From Phyllosticta citribraziliensis (Eukaryota): a stretch of 64,000 bases of DNA. This document shows positions 50,089 to 61,434 of the stretch, piece by piece. Both the position numbers and the translations under genes were made by a program. The notes beneath the pieces are model-generated. The model searched no databases. It was not told the DNA's origin and was given only the letters and a program-made list of their open reading frames with translations. Location of the stretch: assembly GCF_038025025.1 (NCBI RefSeq), contig NW_027117342.1, forward strand, positions 310,001-374,000, read 5' to 3'. Position 1 is the stretch's first letter; each line of letters opens with the position of its first letter.

Positions 50089-53000
50089 ATGTTGGCTAGC
50101 CGTCTTTCCCACTCCGCCCGTCTTTCTGCGTCCATCTCCAGAAGACTCGCCCTCTTCCAGCCCCAGCCAGCACGTGCTGCGGCCCTGCGCCAGCCTTTTC
50201 GCTTGATGACATCGAGAGCTGCTCAGCCAACACCAAGAGAAGAGCCAGCTACAAAGAGGAGAAGGGTTGACGCCGTCAGCCTTTCTCCACGTGAACACCT
50301 GCACGCTATGGTGGTCCCAATTCCAACAGAGAAAAAAATAGAACTCACAGAAGTCGAGGCAACTCTGCGACGATTGCTCCTCGATGTTGCAGAATACATT
50401 GACAATTCTGCGGCTGCTGCTGAAGATTCTGTCGTCAAAATCCCAGATCAGCTCGCCAAGGAGAAGCTTGTCCTTCGCTTCACAGGAGGATGGGTCCGCG
50501 ACAAGCTGCTCGGTCAGGACAGTAACGACATTGACGTCGCCATTAACAAGATGACGGGCGAAAAATTCGGCCTTCGTCTTAAAGAGTATCTGGAAATTCC
50601 CGGCAATCCCGAAAAGTACGGTTTGGAGGGCGTCTCCAAGTCAGACAAAGCAGGCACTAGCTCGAAAAACAAGCTAGTAGGAGGTCTGCACAAAATCGAG
50701 GCGAATCCAGAAAAGTCGAAGCATCTTGAGACGACCACGACCAAGATTTTGGGACTAGACATTGACCTCGTCAATCTTCGCAAGGAAACGTACACGGACG
50801 ACAGTCGCAATCCCGAGATCGAGTTTGGCACCCCAGAGGAAGACGCTCTCCGGAGAGACGCAACCGTGAATGCCATGTTCTACAACATCAACACCTCGGA
50901 AATCGAAGATTTTACCAACAGGGGATGGGAGGACATGCAACAAAGAATCATCCGTACTCCTCTCGAGCCTTATCAAACTTTCAAGGACGACCCTCTCAGA
51001 GTCTTGCGGTTGATTCGCTTCGCTACTAGACTGGGCTACAGCATCGACTCCGAAGCTGAAAAGTTCATGGGCAACGAGGATATCAAAAAGGCCTTGCACA
51101 TCAAGATCAGCCGTGAGCGTGTGGGTGTAGAACTGGAAAAGATGCTGCGAGGTATGCGCTCTTACGCCAGAACAAATGATTGTACTGACTCAAGATTCAG
51201 GACGGGATCCACTGGGCGCTATCCAGTACATTGACAGGCTAGGTCTCTATGAGACGGTATTCGCAGACCCCACAAAGAACCACGACTACAGACCTCCGTC
51301 CAACTGGGCTGTGGCCTACCAGTGTCTCGCCAGAATCATGCAGTCTGAAGCACCTCACGACCTTGTCCGGACCATGACCATCCATGATGCAGAGGAAGCA
51401 TACACATCGTGGATAATCTCAGCCATAGTCCCTTATGCCGATGCTCCTGAGCCCAAGCCAGTAAAGGCCGGAACCAAGGTCCCTCCCCCAGTCGCAGCAC
51501 AAGTGGTTCGCGAGGCCATCAAGGCGACAAACAAGATTTTCGACGTCATAATTGCTTCCGTCAAGAACCTGGAACACATCACGTCCCTGAAAGACAAGTT
51601 TGCAGTCCAGCAAAGACAGCCGCACAAGAAACAAGAAGGAGAGGATGCTACCGCAAGAGACACCATCGGCATGGCCATCAGGCAATGGGGACAGACTTGG
51701 AGAAGTCAGGCGCTGTTTGCTCTCTTGTACGAGGTCCTGAACAACCCCGACAGGGAGCAAGGTGAGTTAGCCCCCAGCTCTCAAGCAATGCCCGACCTAA
51801 CATTTTCAGAAATCATTGCCTCTTACGGAAATTGGTTCAGTCACATCAAGTCTCAAGACATCACCGAGGCTTACGCCCTCAAGCCTCTCATTGACGGCAA
51901 GACTCTCGCCAAGGCTCTGGAAACGAACCCAGGCCCATGGATGAAAGATGCCCTGGACGTCGTCATGGCATGGCAGTTGCGCAATCCAGACGTCCAAGAC
52001 CCGTCCGAGGCGATCGAGGAAGTCCGCGTCCACCGCAAAAACAACCCCAAGAGCGATGTGGCTGCCAAGGTGTCCAAAAAGAAGGGTGAGCTAACTTCAC
52101 ACCTTGCATCGCACTTCCTACAGCTTACCATCCGCCCGTTGTTTGCAAAGGCACGTAACCCGGAAATCACGGCCCAGGGTCGCAGAGCGATTCAGGCAAG
52201 CCAGCCGCGGACATACCAATCGCTGTCGGTGGTCGAGATGGAAAGCAATCCGTGGAAGAGCGAGAAGAACAAGCATGTACTATCGTTGCTACGCTGGGTA
52301 GTCGCCACCATGGCACCCGAGCGAATCGAACAGTCATGGCCTCTCTTGGTTCCTCCTATCCTCACGCTGCTGGACGACGCTGAGCCCCGGTTCAAGACGA
52401 TTGGCTGCGAACTGCTGTACGGGCTGCTGCACTCGACAACGCCGTCGCTGCTGGCACGCACAGGTCTCGAGCCAGTCTTTCGCAATGCGCTCGAATCTGC
52501 GCTGTCCTACCTGCCTCCCCTCACCCCTGAGCCTGAAAGCACACCCCTGCTCAACGCCGCCTATCCCGCCTTCATCGCCCTGATCAAAGTGACGACGCCA
52601 CAGCCCACAACATCGCCATCTGCATCACCATCCTCAGACTCAAACTCGAGCCCCTCCCCTCTGACTCCTGCCTACGTCGCCCGCGCCAACGCCTTCGCCA
52701 CCCTCCTCTCCTCCCACATCCTCCCCGACCTCGCCCACCAAACCACCATCTCGCCACACGTCGGCACCGCGCGCACCCTGCTCTCCCTCCTCTGCACCCT
52801 CCTGCCGCTCCTCGGCATCCACGCCGTTAAGCACCTCAAAGACCTCGTGCCCCTACTCGCCGCCATCCTGGCAGACCCGCTCGCGCCCGCCGCTCCGCGC
52901 CTGCCGGCCGACGCCGCGCGCGCTGCGCAACAAGTCATACTGACTTCGTGGCCGCGTATGTGGCGGTGGAGAAGCGAGATGCTGAAGGGCGTTGCTGTAG

Positions 53001-53206
53001 CATGGGTGAGATTGGCGGGGGAGACAGAGACTCAATCAGACGAAATGAGTGAGGCGAGGCAGGAGCTGCGAGGATGTGTCGAGCTTCTGTCTACGGTTGT
53101 CGCGGGCGGTGGGGACGAAGAGAAATGGCAATGGGAGGAGGAAGTGGCGCTGTTGGTGAAGAAAGAGGAGAAGTTGAGGTCATTGTTTGAGGGAGTCCGG
53201 GTTTGA
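50089..53206 (+). CDS. CCA1: CCA-adding tRNA nucleotidyltransferase fused in frame to a C-terminal Tti2-like domain
   Basis: Exons 50089-51151, 51201-51761, 51810-53206. GGWVRDKLLG..S.DIDVA, DLVNLRKE, EDALRRDAT.N, DDPLRVLRLIRF, ISRERVG; then without a stop IRPLF..GR..PWK..WPLLVPPILTLLDD..GC..RTGL..YLP.LTP. Confidence 0.92.
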
Positions 53207-53377
53207 GAATTGAAACTAGGCAATGCATCTGCCGTAGTAGAAACGGTGCTCAAACAACCCTCCATAGTCCAGGAACCAATTGCCAATTGCCAGATAGACC
53301 TCTCTCCTACTCTCTGCTTCCTCATGTATACGTGGACACTTTCCTTGCCTCATTTTCTGGCGAACCCACACGACACG

Positions 53378-54025
53378 ATGTGTCCCCTCCAGTGGCGCGA
53401 TTCTCCACCTCCTTATTACACGCCACCAGCACGCTTCACACTCCCTCCAAGAGATCGCGGCACGCGCGCCGAGCACAGCGGCCTCAGAGCACCTCCCGAT
53501 CCCTCACCCACCACACCGCTCCTCGATCCGCGTCCGCACCCTTCCTGTCCTCTCCACACCACCACGCCGCCCTGCAGGTGGTGCCAGCACGTAGAACCGG
53601 AAGCTCCCAGCCACCGCTCGCCCACCGACCTCGTCCGCATCTGCCTCATGCTCCTCGTCCCCATCTCGTTCCTCATCGTCGACAGCACGCTGGTCGTCTT
53701 CGACGCCGCCGACGCCACCGCCTTGCGGCGGGCGAATGCATTTGTAGCGGGCTGGGCGGCGGCGCTGCTGCTTCTGGCGGATCTGCTCATGGACCGCGTG
53801 GTTTGCCGAGCGAGGCGGAAGATGAACTTGACGACGACACAGCCGTTTATCGCGTTCTTGTTCTACATGACGATTGTCGCGCTTGTTATTTTCGTGGTTG
53901 CGGTGAGTTGAGTCTCTGGATGATGATGGCTGTGCTGCTTTGTGGCGTGCGCTGACGCTTGCAAGTTCAACTTGAGGATAGGTTGGGAGGGACGTGGAGG
54001 CCGTCCAGACGGCGAGGCCGCGTGA
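53378..54025 (+). CDS. Hypothetical small membrane protein (three hydrophobic segments)
   Basis: ATG 53378 (53324 is an alternative); Pro-rich N-terminus with PPPYY; TM-like segments; likely intron 53903-53965 (GTGAGT..GCTGAC..AAG) and last exon to TGA 54025. Confidence 0.55.
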
Positions 54026-54821
54026 TGGGCCTTGTATACTCGCGGGAAAATAATATGGATGCCGTGCTGTCACCGTCGCTTTATTCGGGCTTGAAAATAA
54101 AATCAGAAACGCTACCCTCCGCCAGAGCAGAGTTTTGGTGTTCTGAGGGATTTTCTTTCTTTCTTTTTCAAATGTACCACGATACTCAGACTAACCCACC
54201 CGCTCATACGCAATCATTTGTACTGCTGTGACCGCGAATTTAAGGCGCCGAAGCACTTTTCTCTCACAGCAGCAGCAATGTCTACGTGTCCGCGGAATTT
54301 TTATTGCGCTGGCGTTGAACCGTACCGTGGCTTATTGCACCGGGTTAGAAGAGCCTCGTCAATCAGTCATTGAAGCAAACAAGGAAGGAAGCGGCACTTA
54401 TGGGTCAGTGAGGTAAGGAAGAGGAGTTTTCTGGTTTCAATTTCTTTGTTTTTTTGCGTGGCATTCATGGGACATCCAGACATCTGCATGGTAGAGTAAA
54501 AGGGGGCATTCGACGACTAGTTCGCATGCTTTATGTATGCTACGGCTTTTTCTGAGCGAGTTTCGAGAGCCGCTAACAGGTCACCAATGTGCGAGCAAAG
54601 TCTGAGTTTTCGATATGAGGCGGTGTGCTGGCTCATGCCTGTTATGGACATGATGGCGGACGAAGAACGCCTGGTCATGTTTACCGTCTTCCTATCGAGC
54701 TCTTCTAGTCAAAGACGAAGACCCTCTGGTTCCAAAAAACGCCGTACTCCACGTGCCATGCAACCCGAACAAGTGCTTTTCCGAATGGTGAGAAAGAAAA
54801 CGTGAGCCCCTTGGTGGCCTC

Positions 54822-55915
54822 TCATCCCACCATCTCAACGTCACCACTTCCTCCGTTCTTGCTACTCTCCACGCCGCTGCTGCTATCAGTGCCCGTAGCA
54901 AGTAGCTGTGGAAATTTGAGAGCCGACGTCTCTTTGACGGCTTCGTCCAACACCAGCCGAGTAATGATAGCAGCCTCGACAGCCTTGTCCACCAGCGTCT
55001 CGCCCTTCTCGCCGACATCGCCCTTCATCCACAGCTCAGTGACTTCGTCACGCGCTGGCAGGTAGCCCACCACGCACGCTGCGACCAAATCGCGATGTTC
55101 CGTCGGACTGGGGTCCAGCACGAAGAGCTCCTCCTCTTCTCCTTGCGCATTCTTGCCATCGCCGCGTGGTTGTCGGACAATCGCTGCCACGCCTCCAGCA
55201 ACCATGTCCACACAGTCGATGCCGGCATCAACGATAGCCGCGCTAGCCACGGTGATGCACCCAGCCAGCACGTTCATGAGGCCCCAGCCAGCGCCCAAGC
55301 TGCGGCGGCCGAGGCCAGCGTCCAGTCCCGCTTCGTCGCCTCCCCAGCCGTCCTCCTCGCCTTCCAGCACTGTAATCACAACCTCGACGCCGCTCTTGGG
55401 CCACCGCTCGCCAATGATGATGCCCCGCAGTGCTGCCTCCAGGTGCTGACCCAGGTCGCGCTCTGTGGAGTCGCGCACATAGCCGCGGCGTGCGCGCGTC
55501 GCGAACGGCGCAAACTTCAGCGTCGTCGTCACGTTCAGGTACGGTGTGAAGGGCGAGCTGCGCGGCAGTGGCTTAGGCCCGTGAACGACGCACGATAGCT
55601 TGAGCGAGCCGGCGGGAAAGGCGAGACTGGTGCGGCCCGCGGCGGTGGACGTGGGCGACGAGGGCGTGAGTTCGAGGTAAGCGGAGCCCGAGGCGGAGGG
55701 TGTGAGACCAGTTTTGAGGACTTTGAACGTCAGCTTGTTTGGTTTGAGAGACTGCGTTGGATTGGAATAGACGTACAGATCTTGCGCAGCTCTTCTGGTT
55801 TTCTTGTCCGTACTGGCCGTTGCGGTGCTGAACCAGAGTAGTTGGCGAGCGAAGACGCGAAGATGGGCGCGTATGTGCCGCCAGCTGGGGCATTAGTGCG
55901 ACGGCGATCTGTCAT
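54822..55915 (-). CDS. MTR3: Exosome RNase PH-like subunit Mtr3
   Basis: Exons 55915-55777, 55720-54822. MTDRRRTNAP.GGT, FLKTGLTPSASGSAYLE, VHGPKPL, LKFAPFA, RWPKSGVEV, DAGIDC.D. Confidence 0.9.
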
Positions 55916-56219
55916 TTTGGCTGTGCAGTTCTCAAGAAAAGACTGGGCTGAGGTACGCGGAGCATGGCAGATCCAAAGTTGAATGCCGCGAGCTTTGCCC
56001 TGGTGTTTTCGGGCCGGGCGCCGGCGGTCGATGACGGAAGAGCCCGCGGGCCGGCCTGTTGCCGTCCGCTTGGCGCTCGGCGCGCTAGAAATTTTGGCGA
56101 GGCGAGGCATCAAAACTTCCATCGTCGCCCTTCCCTTCCATCTTCATCACACACACGACATTCGCCACTTTCGCCCTCGGTAAGCCGCCATTTCTTCTCA
56201 TTCTACTCATCTCTACTTC

Positions 56220-56296
56220 ACGGGAGGATACCCATCACAGAAAGTTCCGGCGACATCTACATGAGCCCTTGAACAACATGCACTACCATCTGATGT
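56220..56296 (+). ncRNA. snR55: Box C/D snoRNA, snR55-like (18S helix 34 region)
   Basis: Guide CATGCACTACCA followed by T and box D CTGA (56290-56293), complementary with one G-U to 18S UGGUGGUGCAUG. Box C is degenerate (GGGAGGA ~56222). Intronic. Confidence 0.75.
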
Positions 56297-56728
56297 TCAT
56301 CTCAATCCAATCATTTGCAGCACTTCGGCCACGAACATCGCGCTGACTGCATGAACAGGATCTCCGAGATGCGTAGATGTAGACTTACCGGCCCTGTCGC
56401 ACGCGACGCATCGTCTCGACCTTGACGCTACAACGATTCTAATGCCGATGGCTTGTTTGCGTGGCAAGTGTCGGACGACCTTCACAATGTGAGGGAGGCT
56501 GAGAGACACCGGCCACGTTGGGCGCGACAACTGCCAATCTGGAAAGTCGTGCAGCGGAGGTCTCGCCAGCGATGACAGTGTTGTCTCATGCGAGGTCTCC
56601 GCTGCACAACCCAGTCCCTGGCTTTCGTTCCAGGATGCGACCGCTACGGCCAAAGCTTGATTGATCCTACAGAGACACTCGTCCTGTCAGGTGCTAACGT
56701 AAGTCGCCATCATTTTCTTCCAACAACT

Positions 56729-56807
56729 CCTATGATGATCGGTATAATTTCAGTTCTGCTACTGAATTTCATGTGGAAAACTCAACCAAGCTTACCATAT
56801 CTGATAT
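56729..56807 (+). ncRNA. snR61: Box C/D snoRNA, snR61-like (25S AAGCAGAACUGG region)
   Basis: Box C ATGATGA 56732-56738; guide TTCAGTTCTGCT before D' CTGA 56762-56765; C' TGTGGA; box D CTGA 56801-56804. Intronic. Confidence 0.85.
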
Positions 56808-56963
56808 GGAGTTACCCCTCTCTGCTTCACATGCTCAACGTTGGAAAGCATCTGGCTGACATGTTTTGCCTCAGATTCTAGATTTTCATACCCTGCTCTG
56901 ACAATCCACTGCTCCCAGCTCTACTCACTGGTAAGTCGCTGCCTGCCCCTCTACCCTCCACTC

Positions 56964-57198
56964 TGCAAGGATGAATCCTAGTCTATCCATTCAACGAGCA
57001 TTCCTTCCGGTCCACCCTCCCGCACTGGACCATCTTTCACGAGATGGGAGGATGGTTGTGGAGTTGCCAGCGAGCCTCTTCGGGGGCGAGCAAGCGTAAT
57101 GCTGGGCTTCGAGCTGCAGGCCGCGCAGGACCGTTATGGCGCCTGCGAGGACCTGTGGCCGGCGGGTACGCATGACTATACCGGCTATTCTGATTGCA
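56964..57198 (+). ncRNA. Long (~235 nt) structured box C/D RNA, target unidentified
   Basis: Box C AGGATGA 56968-56974; box D CTGA 57190-57193; closing stem TGCAA/TTGCA; internal hairpins including C(TTCG)G; lies inside intron 56931-57288. Confidence 0.65.
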
Positions 57199-57993
57199 CT
57201 CATGCACTCTGTTCCGCATGAAGAACGCGTCCATCGATCCCTCCGCTGCGTGTCTAGGTCGAAGCACGTGGGCTAACGAATCTCAAAGCACTTCTAGATC
57301 ATCAGACGTTGATTGGACTTACCTATGCTGTCCCGGCGGCACCGGGAGAACCGTACTACTGAACTAGTGCCCGCGGTTCGTGCTTAGTGGGCTTATGTTT
57401 ACGTTTCCCCTTTTTCCCAGATTGCTGGAAAACTGGCGGCGCCCCGCCCCGCGCCCGCGCTACTCCCGCTGATGCGAACCCCACCGCTGACGTGTGCGGG
57501 TTCCTCGACAGTTGGTCGAAGGATCCGACTCGTCATCTCTGCAGAGCCCCACGCTTGGGGATCCGATCCCTGTTCTGCGGCCAGGCGTCCCCGGCTTATG
57601 GCGCCGAGCGTGTTGACGATGCACGAGGGCAGTAACACGGCCTGCACACGTAGATGATGGAGTAGATTGATATGTACATTGAACACAACTTCTTCGCCCC
57701 TCGTGGTGAACTTGCCCATCAACCGTCTGAAGCAAGGAAGAAAGTGACGTTTGCTAGATCCAAATTTTGCTTCCCGACTCCCTCACCTACTTCCATGCTG
57801 TTGAGCTGTAAAGGTAAAATGCACAATGGGAAAAAGAACATGCCGCTGGATGAAAGAAACAAAAACATCAGCCACACCCCCTTCGAGCGTTCCATCGTCT
57901 AGTTAGCCCCCCCGTAACCTCGGGCATCCTCCTCGCTCCTCGAAATTACCCACCACCCTTCATTACCGCGTCCCTAGCCGCTACATGTCCGCC

Positions 57994-60353
57994 CTACCTC
58001 CTCTCCGGGGTCTTGGGCGGCTCCTCCTGCTCCACGGGCTGATACATGACGGCGGTGCCGGCACTAGCCATGCTGCTAGCGCGGGACCCAGCGCCGGGCC
58101 TCAGCGGGGCAGGGACATCGACGCCCTCCTCCTCGACATCCGCATCCGTCGCCTCCATCAGCGCGCTCGTCTGCTGCGCGTGCAGGCTCAGCTCCGGCTC
58201 CTCGTCGAGCGGCCACGTGTTGCCGTCGGGGCTGCCGCCGACCAGCGCGGCCGCCGGCCCCCGCGAGAAGCGGTGGGAGCTGGACAGCCGGCTCGCGAAG
58301 CCGGATCCGCTCAGCGTCTCGGCGGAGTGCGAGCGCGGCCGCGAGTTGCCTCCTGGCCGGACGGCCGCGGACGGGCTGCCGCTGCCGTGTTGGGGCGACG
58401 AGGCGTTGGCGGACTGGCTGGACGTCGGGCGCGCGTCAGCCTGCTGCGCGAGGGCGCGCTGCGGGTTGTAGAAGGGCTGCATGGGGCCGTCGAGCAGGCT
58501 GTTGGCCTCGACGCCGACGTTGGTCGCGTAGGGGTCGAGGTAGCGCGAGAAGCCGCTGGAGCGGCTCTGGCGATCGGGGGAGGCCGGGCGGCCCGTCATG
58601 CCCGACTGCGTCGAGATGCGGCGCTCCATGCGCGACAGGCGGTTGTCCAGCAGGCGCATGGTTTCGTACTCGGAGGCGCGGCGCGAGTGGCGCGTGTCAA
58701 AGTCCTCGAGGCGCGACAGGCGCGCGTCGATGCGGTCGAGCGTGTCGAGCGACGCGTGGCGGTTGTGGCTGCCGGCGGCGCCGTCCTTGCTGTCCTTGCC
58801 AGAGCTGTTGGCCGCGGCGCCGCCGTCCAGATGCGACAGGCGGCGCTCGATGCGGACGAGAAGGTCGTCGGCGGCGTTGTTGTGGCGCGGGTTCTCCTCG
58901 AGGCTTGTGAGACGGCGGTCCAGCGAGACGAGCAGCTCCACCACCTTGTCGAGCTTGTCCGCCGACGAGAGCTGTGACAGCGTGGAGCCAGCGGATTGGC
59001 TGGTGAACGGAATCTTGGGGACGGGCGGGATGCTCTCCTTCTCCTTGTCCTTCTCCGACTTGGAAAAGGCCGGCTTGGGCGACTCGGGCAACAGTAGGTG
59101 GTCTTTGGACAGCGCGGCAGTGGTACCCGAGATGGCGCTCTGCGGCTCGGCCTCCAGATCGAAACGGTGGCGCTTGAAGTCGGTCTTGAGCTTGAGCGGC
59201 TCGTCGTCGAACGTCTCTTCCTCGGTGTAGACGCCATTGTTGAGACCCGAGGCCTGGGCGGCGGCGCGCTCGCGCATGCTGTAGCCGCTGTCGTACTTCC
59301 TGGCGTGCTTGTCGTCCAAGTTGGACACGGGGGCGTAGCTGCCGGGTCCACTGGCTCCGTCGGGGATGTAGAAGCGGAGGTCAATGCGGAGGATGATGTA
59401 CAGGTAGACGACCATAATCTCAACGGTAAAGTTGAAAATATAAAAGCACGCCTTGGAGTAGTAGGTAGGCAGAGGCTGACGAACAGACACGGGATCCTTC
59501 CATGCCGTGCCGCAGCGGTAGCACGCTCCGAGACACAGTAAGAAAGAAGCCAGCAAAAGGATCGTCACCTTTGTGCGGAAGCGACCAGAGCCAAACTTCT
59601 CAAGGCGCGTCTTGCGGGGAGCGAGGATGCCGATAATGGTGATGGGTATCGGCAGGAACGAGACAAACGAAAAGTAGGTCGCCGTGTAGAGCTGAATGTC
59701 ACGGTCGATCCGGTGCGTGTTCGTATTTTTCGTGTAAAAGGACTGCACGGTGACGGTGATGACCATGATCAAAGAGCAGACAATGATGAAGTAGTTAACC
59801 TTGAACAAGGCCGAAAAGGGCTTCGACCAGCCGAGCTTGGGGTGCCGGGCGCGGATCAGTCTCTGGGTGAAGAGCAGGTTGATGATGAAGATCAAGAGCA
59901 CACCAGCAGCCACGAAAATCTGGGCTGCGATACCAAGCTTGATGTTCTTGGGCTGCGTGGCCCACGAGATCCGGAGTATACAAGTCAGCACCCTACACAT
60001 GCAGAACGCTATGCATCGTGTTAGCTTGTTGTGAATGAGCCCGTGGTCAGGTCTGCTCACCAAACAGCATAATGGACATGAGGAATTTGTGATTCCTCTT
60101 GCGGTTCTTTTGGAAAATGGCCATGTGCCCAACGGCACCCAGCAGGAAGAGGAAGAGAAAGACGGATGTGACGGGAATGTCCGTCCCTTCGTCGACTCTT
60201 CCGCCCAATTGCCATGTTGTTGGCGCATACGGCGGTCCGGTGGGAGGGCCTCCCTGTTGCTGTTAGAACAACATTTCTGAGAATCGACAAAAGACTTACT
60301 TGGCCACCCTGGCCCTGGCCACCTTGGCCTTGGCCTTGTTGTTGAGATGACAT
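57994..60353 (-). CDS. DUF3112-like fungal multi-pass membrane protein with long C-terminal tail
   Basis: Exons 60353-60300, 60253-60061, 60008-57994. GPPY.P....LGG....DIP...VFL.LF..GA..HM..NHKF, RISWA..P.N..IAAQIFVAAGV, EKFG.GRFRTK, FYIFNFTVE, RIDLRFYIPDG. Confidence 0.85.
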
Positions 60354-61434
60354 GGTCGTGGCGAGTTGATTCTCCCTCAACACCAAGGACGGCGAGGTTG
60401 GGGGATATTAATTGCAGAGACGCGGTGCTAATAAAAGCAACGGCGGACTAAGTCCTGGGCTAGACCGCAGGAGCGCACAAAGGAACAAAAGCCTGGCATA
60501 AATGAGAAACGACAGTCGACCACAGTCCGAAGAAGGTTACCCAACGCGGTTAGATGGCTTCGGAGTCCGGAGGGGGAGGCTTTTGGTCGCTGACTGCCAT
60601 GGTTTAATACTCGTCCGCCACTTCCAACGGTCGGCACTTGCAACAACAAGTGAGCCTCTGGTGCAGGCGGGTTGTCACACAGTAGCCCGCTTCAACGCGT
60701 GCGGTCGTCGCCGATCTGGCGTGGTTGGGCATTCTGAGGGCCGACTGTGCTGGTGTGTCTGGCACGAGGACCACAATGGCGGACACAACATGAGGCATCT
60801 GCACAAAAAGGCTAGTCGGCGGCCTAAGCTAGGTGGACTCGCATGTCGCACGATACGCCGGCTAGGGCAGAGCAAGGCGCTCGCAGCAAACGAATGACGC
60901 GCGGGGTGGAGTGGATAGGGGCGTGTTGGCGCGAGGCGGTGGTGAAAGGGCGCTGGCTCATCTACCTAGTCAGATATGCCACCGCACGTCAGTTGGTTAA
61001 CGTCATCATGCAAAACCAGAGCGGTCGAGATCCGGACGCGGATTGGAGGTTGGTATCGTGAGATTTGTGGACGTAGGCTGTGCGACCCGCAGGTGAACCA
61101 CTACTCCTGCCGGTGTGAGAGGTGGGAGTTGAGGTGTCGAGGCCGTGTGACGTCGGGTGCAGCTACTAGTCGTCGAAACATTGTTTGCCGAAACAGCTGA
61201 GCGACCAATCTCCACCCCTGTCACCAGCAACCCCTCGCAAGCCATTTTTAGCACTGCAAGCCTCTCGGCCGATTCTGTGTTGCGTGCTGTGGAAATTCTC
61301 CGTACATGATATATCTCTCTGTCCCTTCATGTCCATTCTTGCAAAAGCCCAGCAGCCACATTGTGCAATCCTCAATCTAACAGTGGTAGCAATCATCTGC
61401 AGGTGGCTAATCTCAAAACAAAGTCCAGAAGCTT

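Larger units (their letters stand above)
56130..57330 (+). ncRNA. Spliced non-coding snoRNA host transcript (ends approximate)
   Basis: Three canonical introns, 56180-56358, 56699-56874 and 56931-57288, each with GTAAG donor, GCTRAC branch and AG acceptor and each containing a C/D-box RNA. No convincing ORF in the exons. Confidence 0.75.

Noticed and set aside
51762..51809. 16 extra codons in the CCA1 ORF track
   Set aside because: Has canonical GTGAGT..CCTAAC..CAG signals; treated as a 48-nt in-frame intron, not protein.
52086..52123. Apparent intron GTGAGCTAAC..CTACAG at the CCA1/Tti2 junction
   Set aside because: Only 38 nt with the branch motif abutting the donor. Removal would frameshift, and the unspliced frame reads straight into the IRPLF motif. 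Use as an alternative acceptor cannot be fully excluded.
56615..56645. Possible snR57 guide (CTTTCGTT) in the host gene
   Set aside because: Only ~7 nt of G-U-rich complementarity to 18S AACGAGG, with no clear box D or box C.
60400..61400. Short ORFs upstream of the DUF3112-like gene
   Set aside because: No codon bias, splice pattern or motifs; most likely promoter or intergenic DNA.
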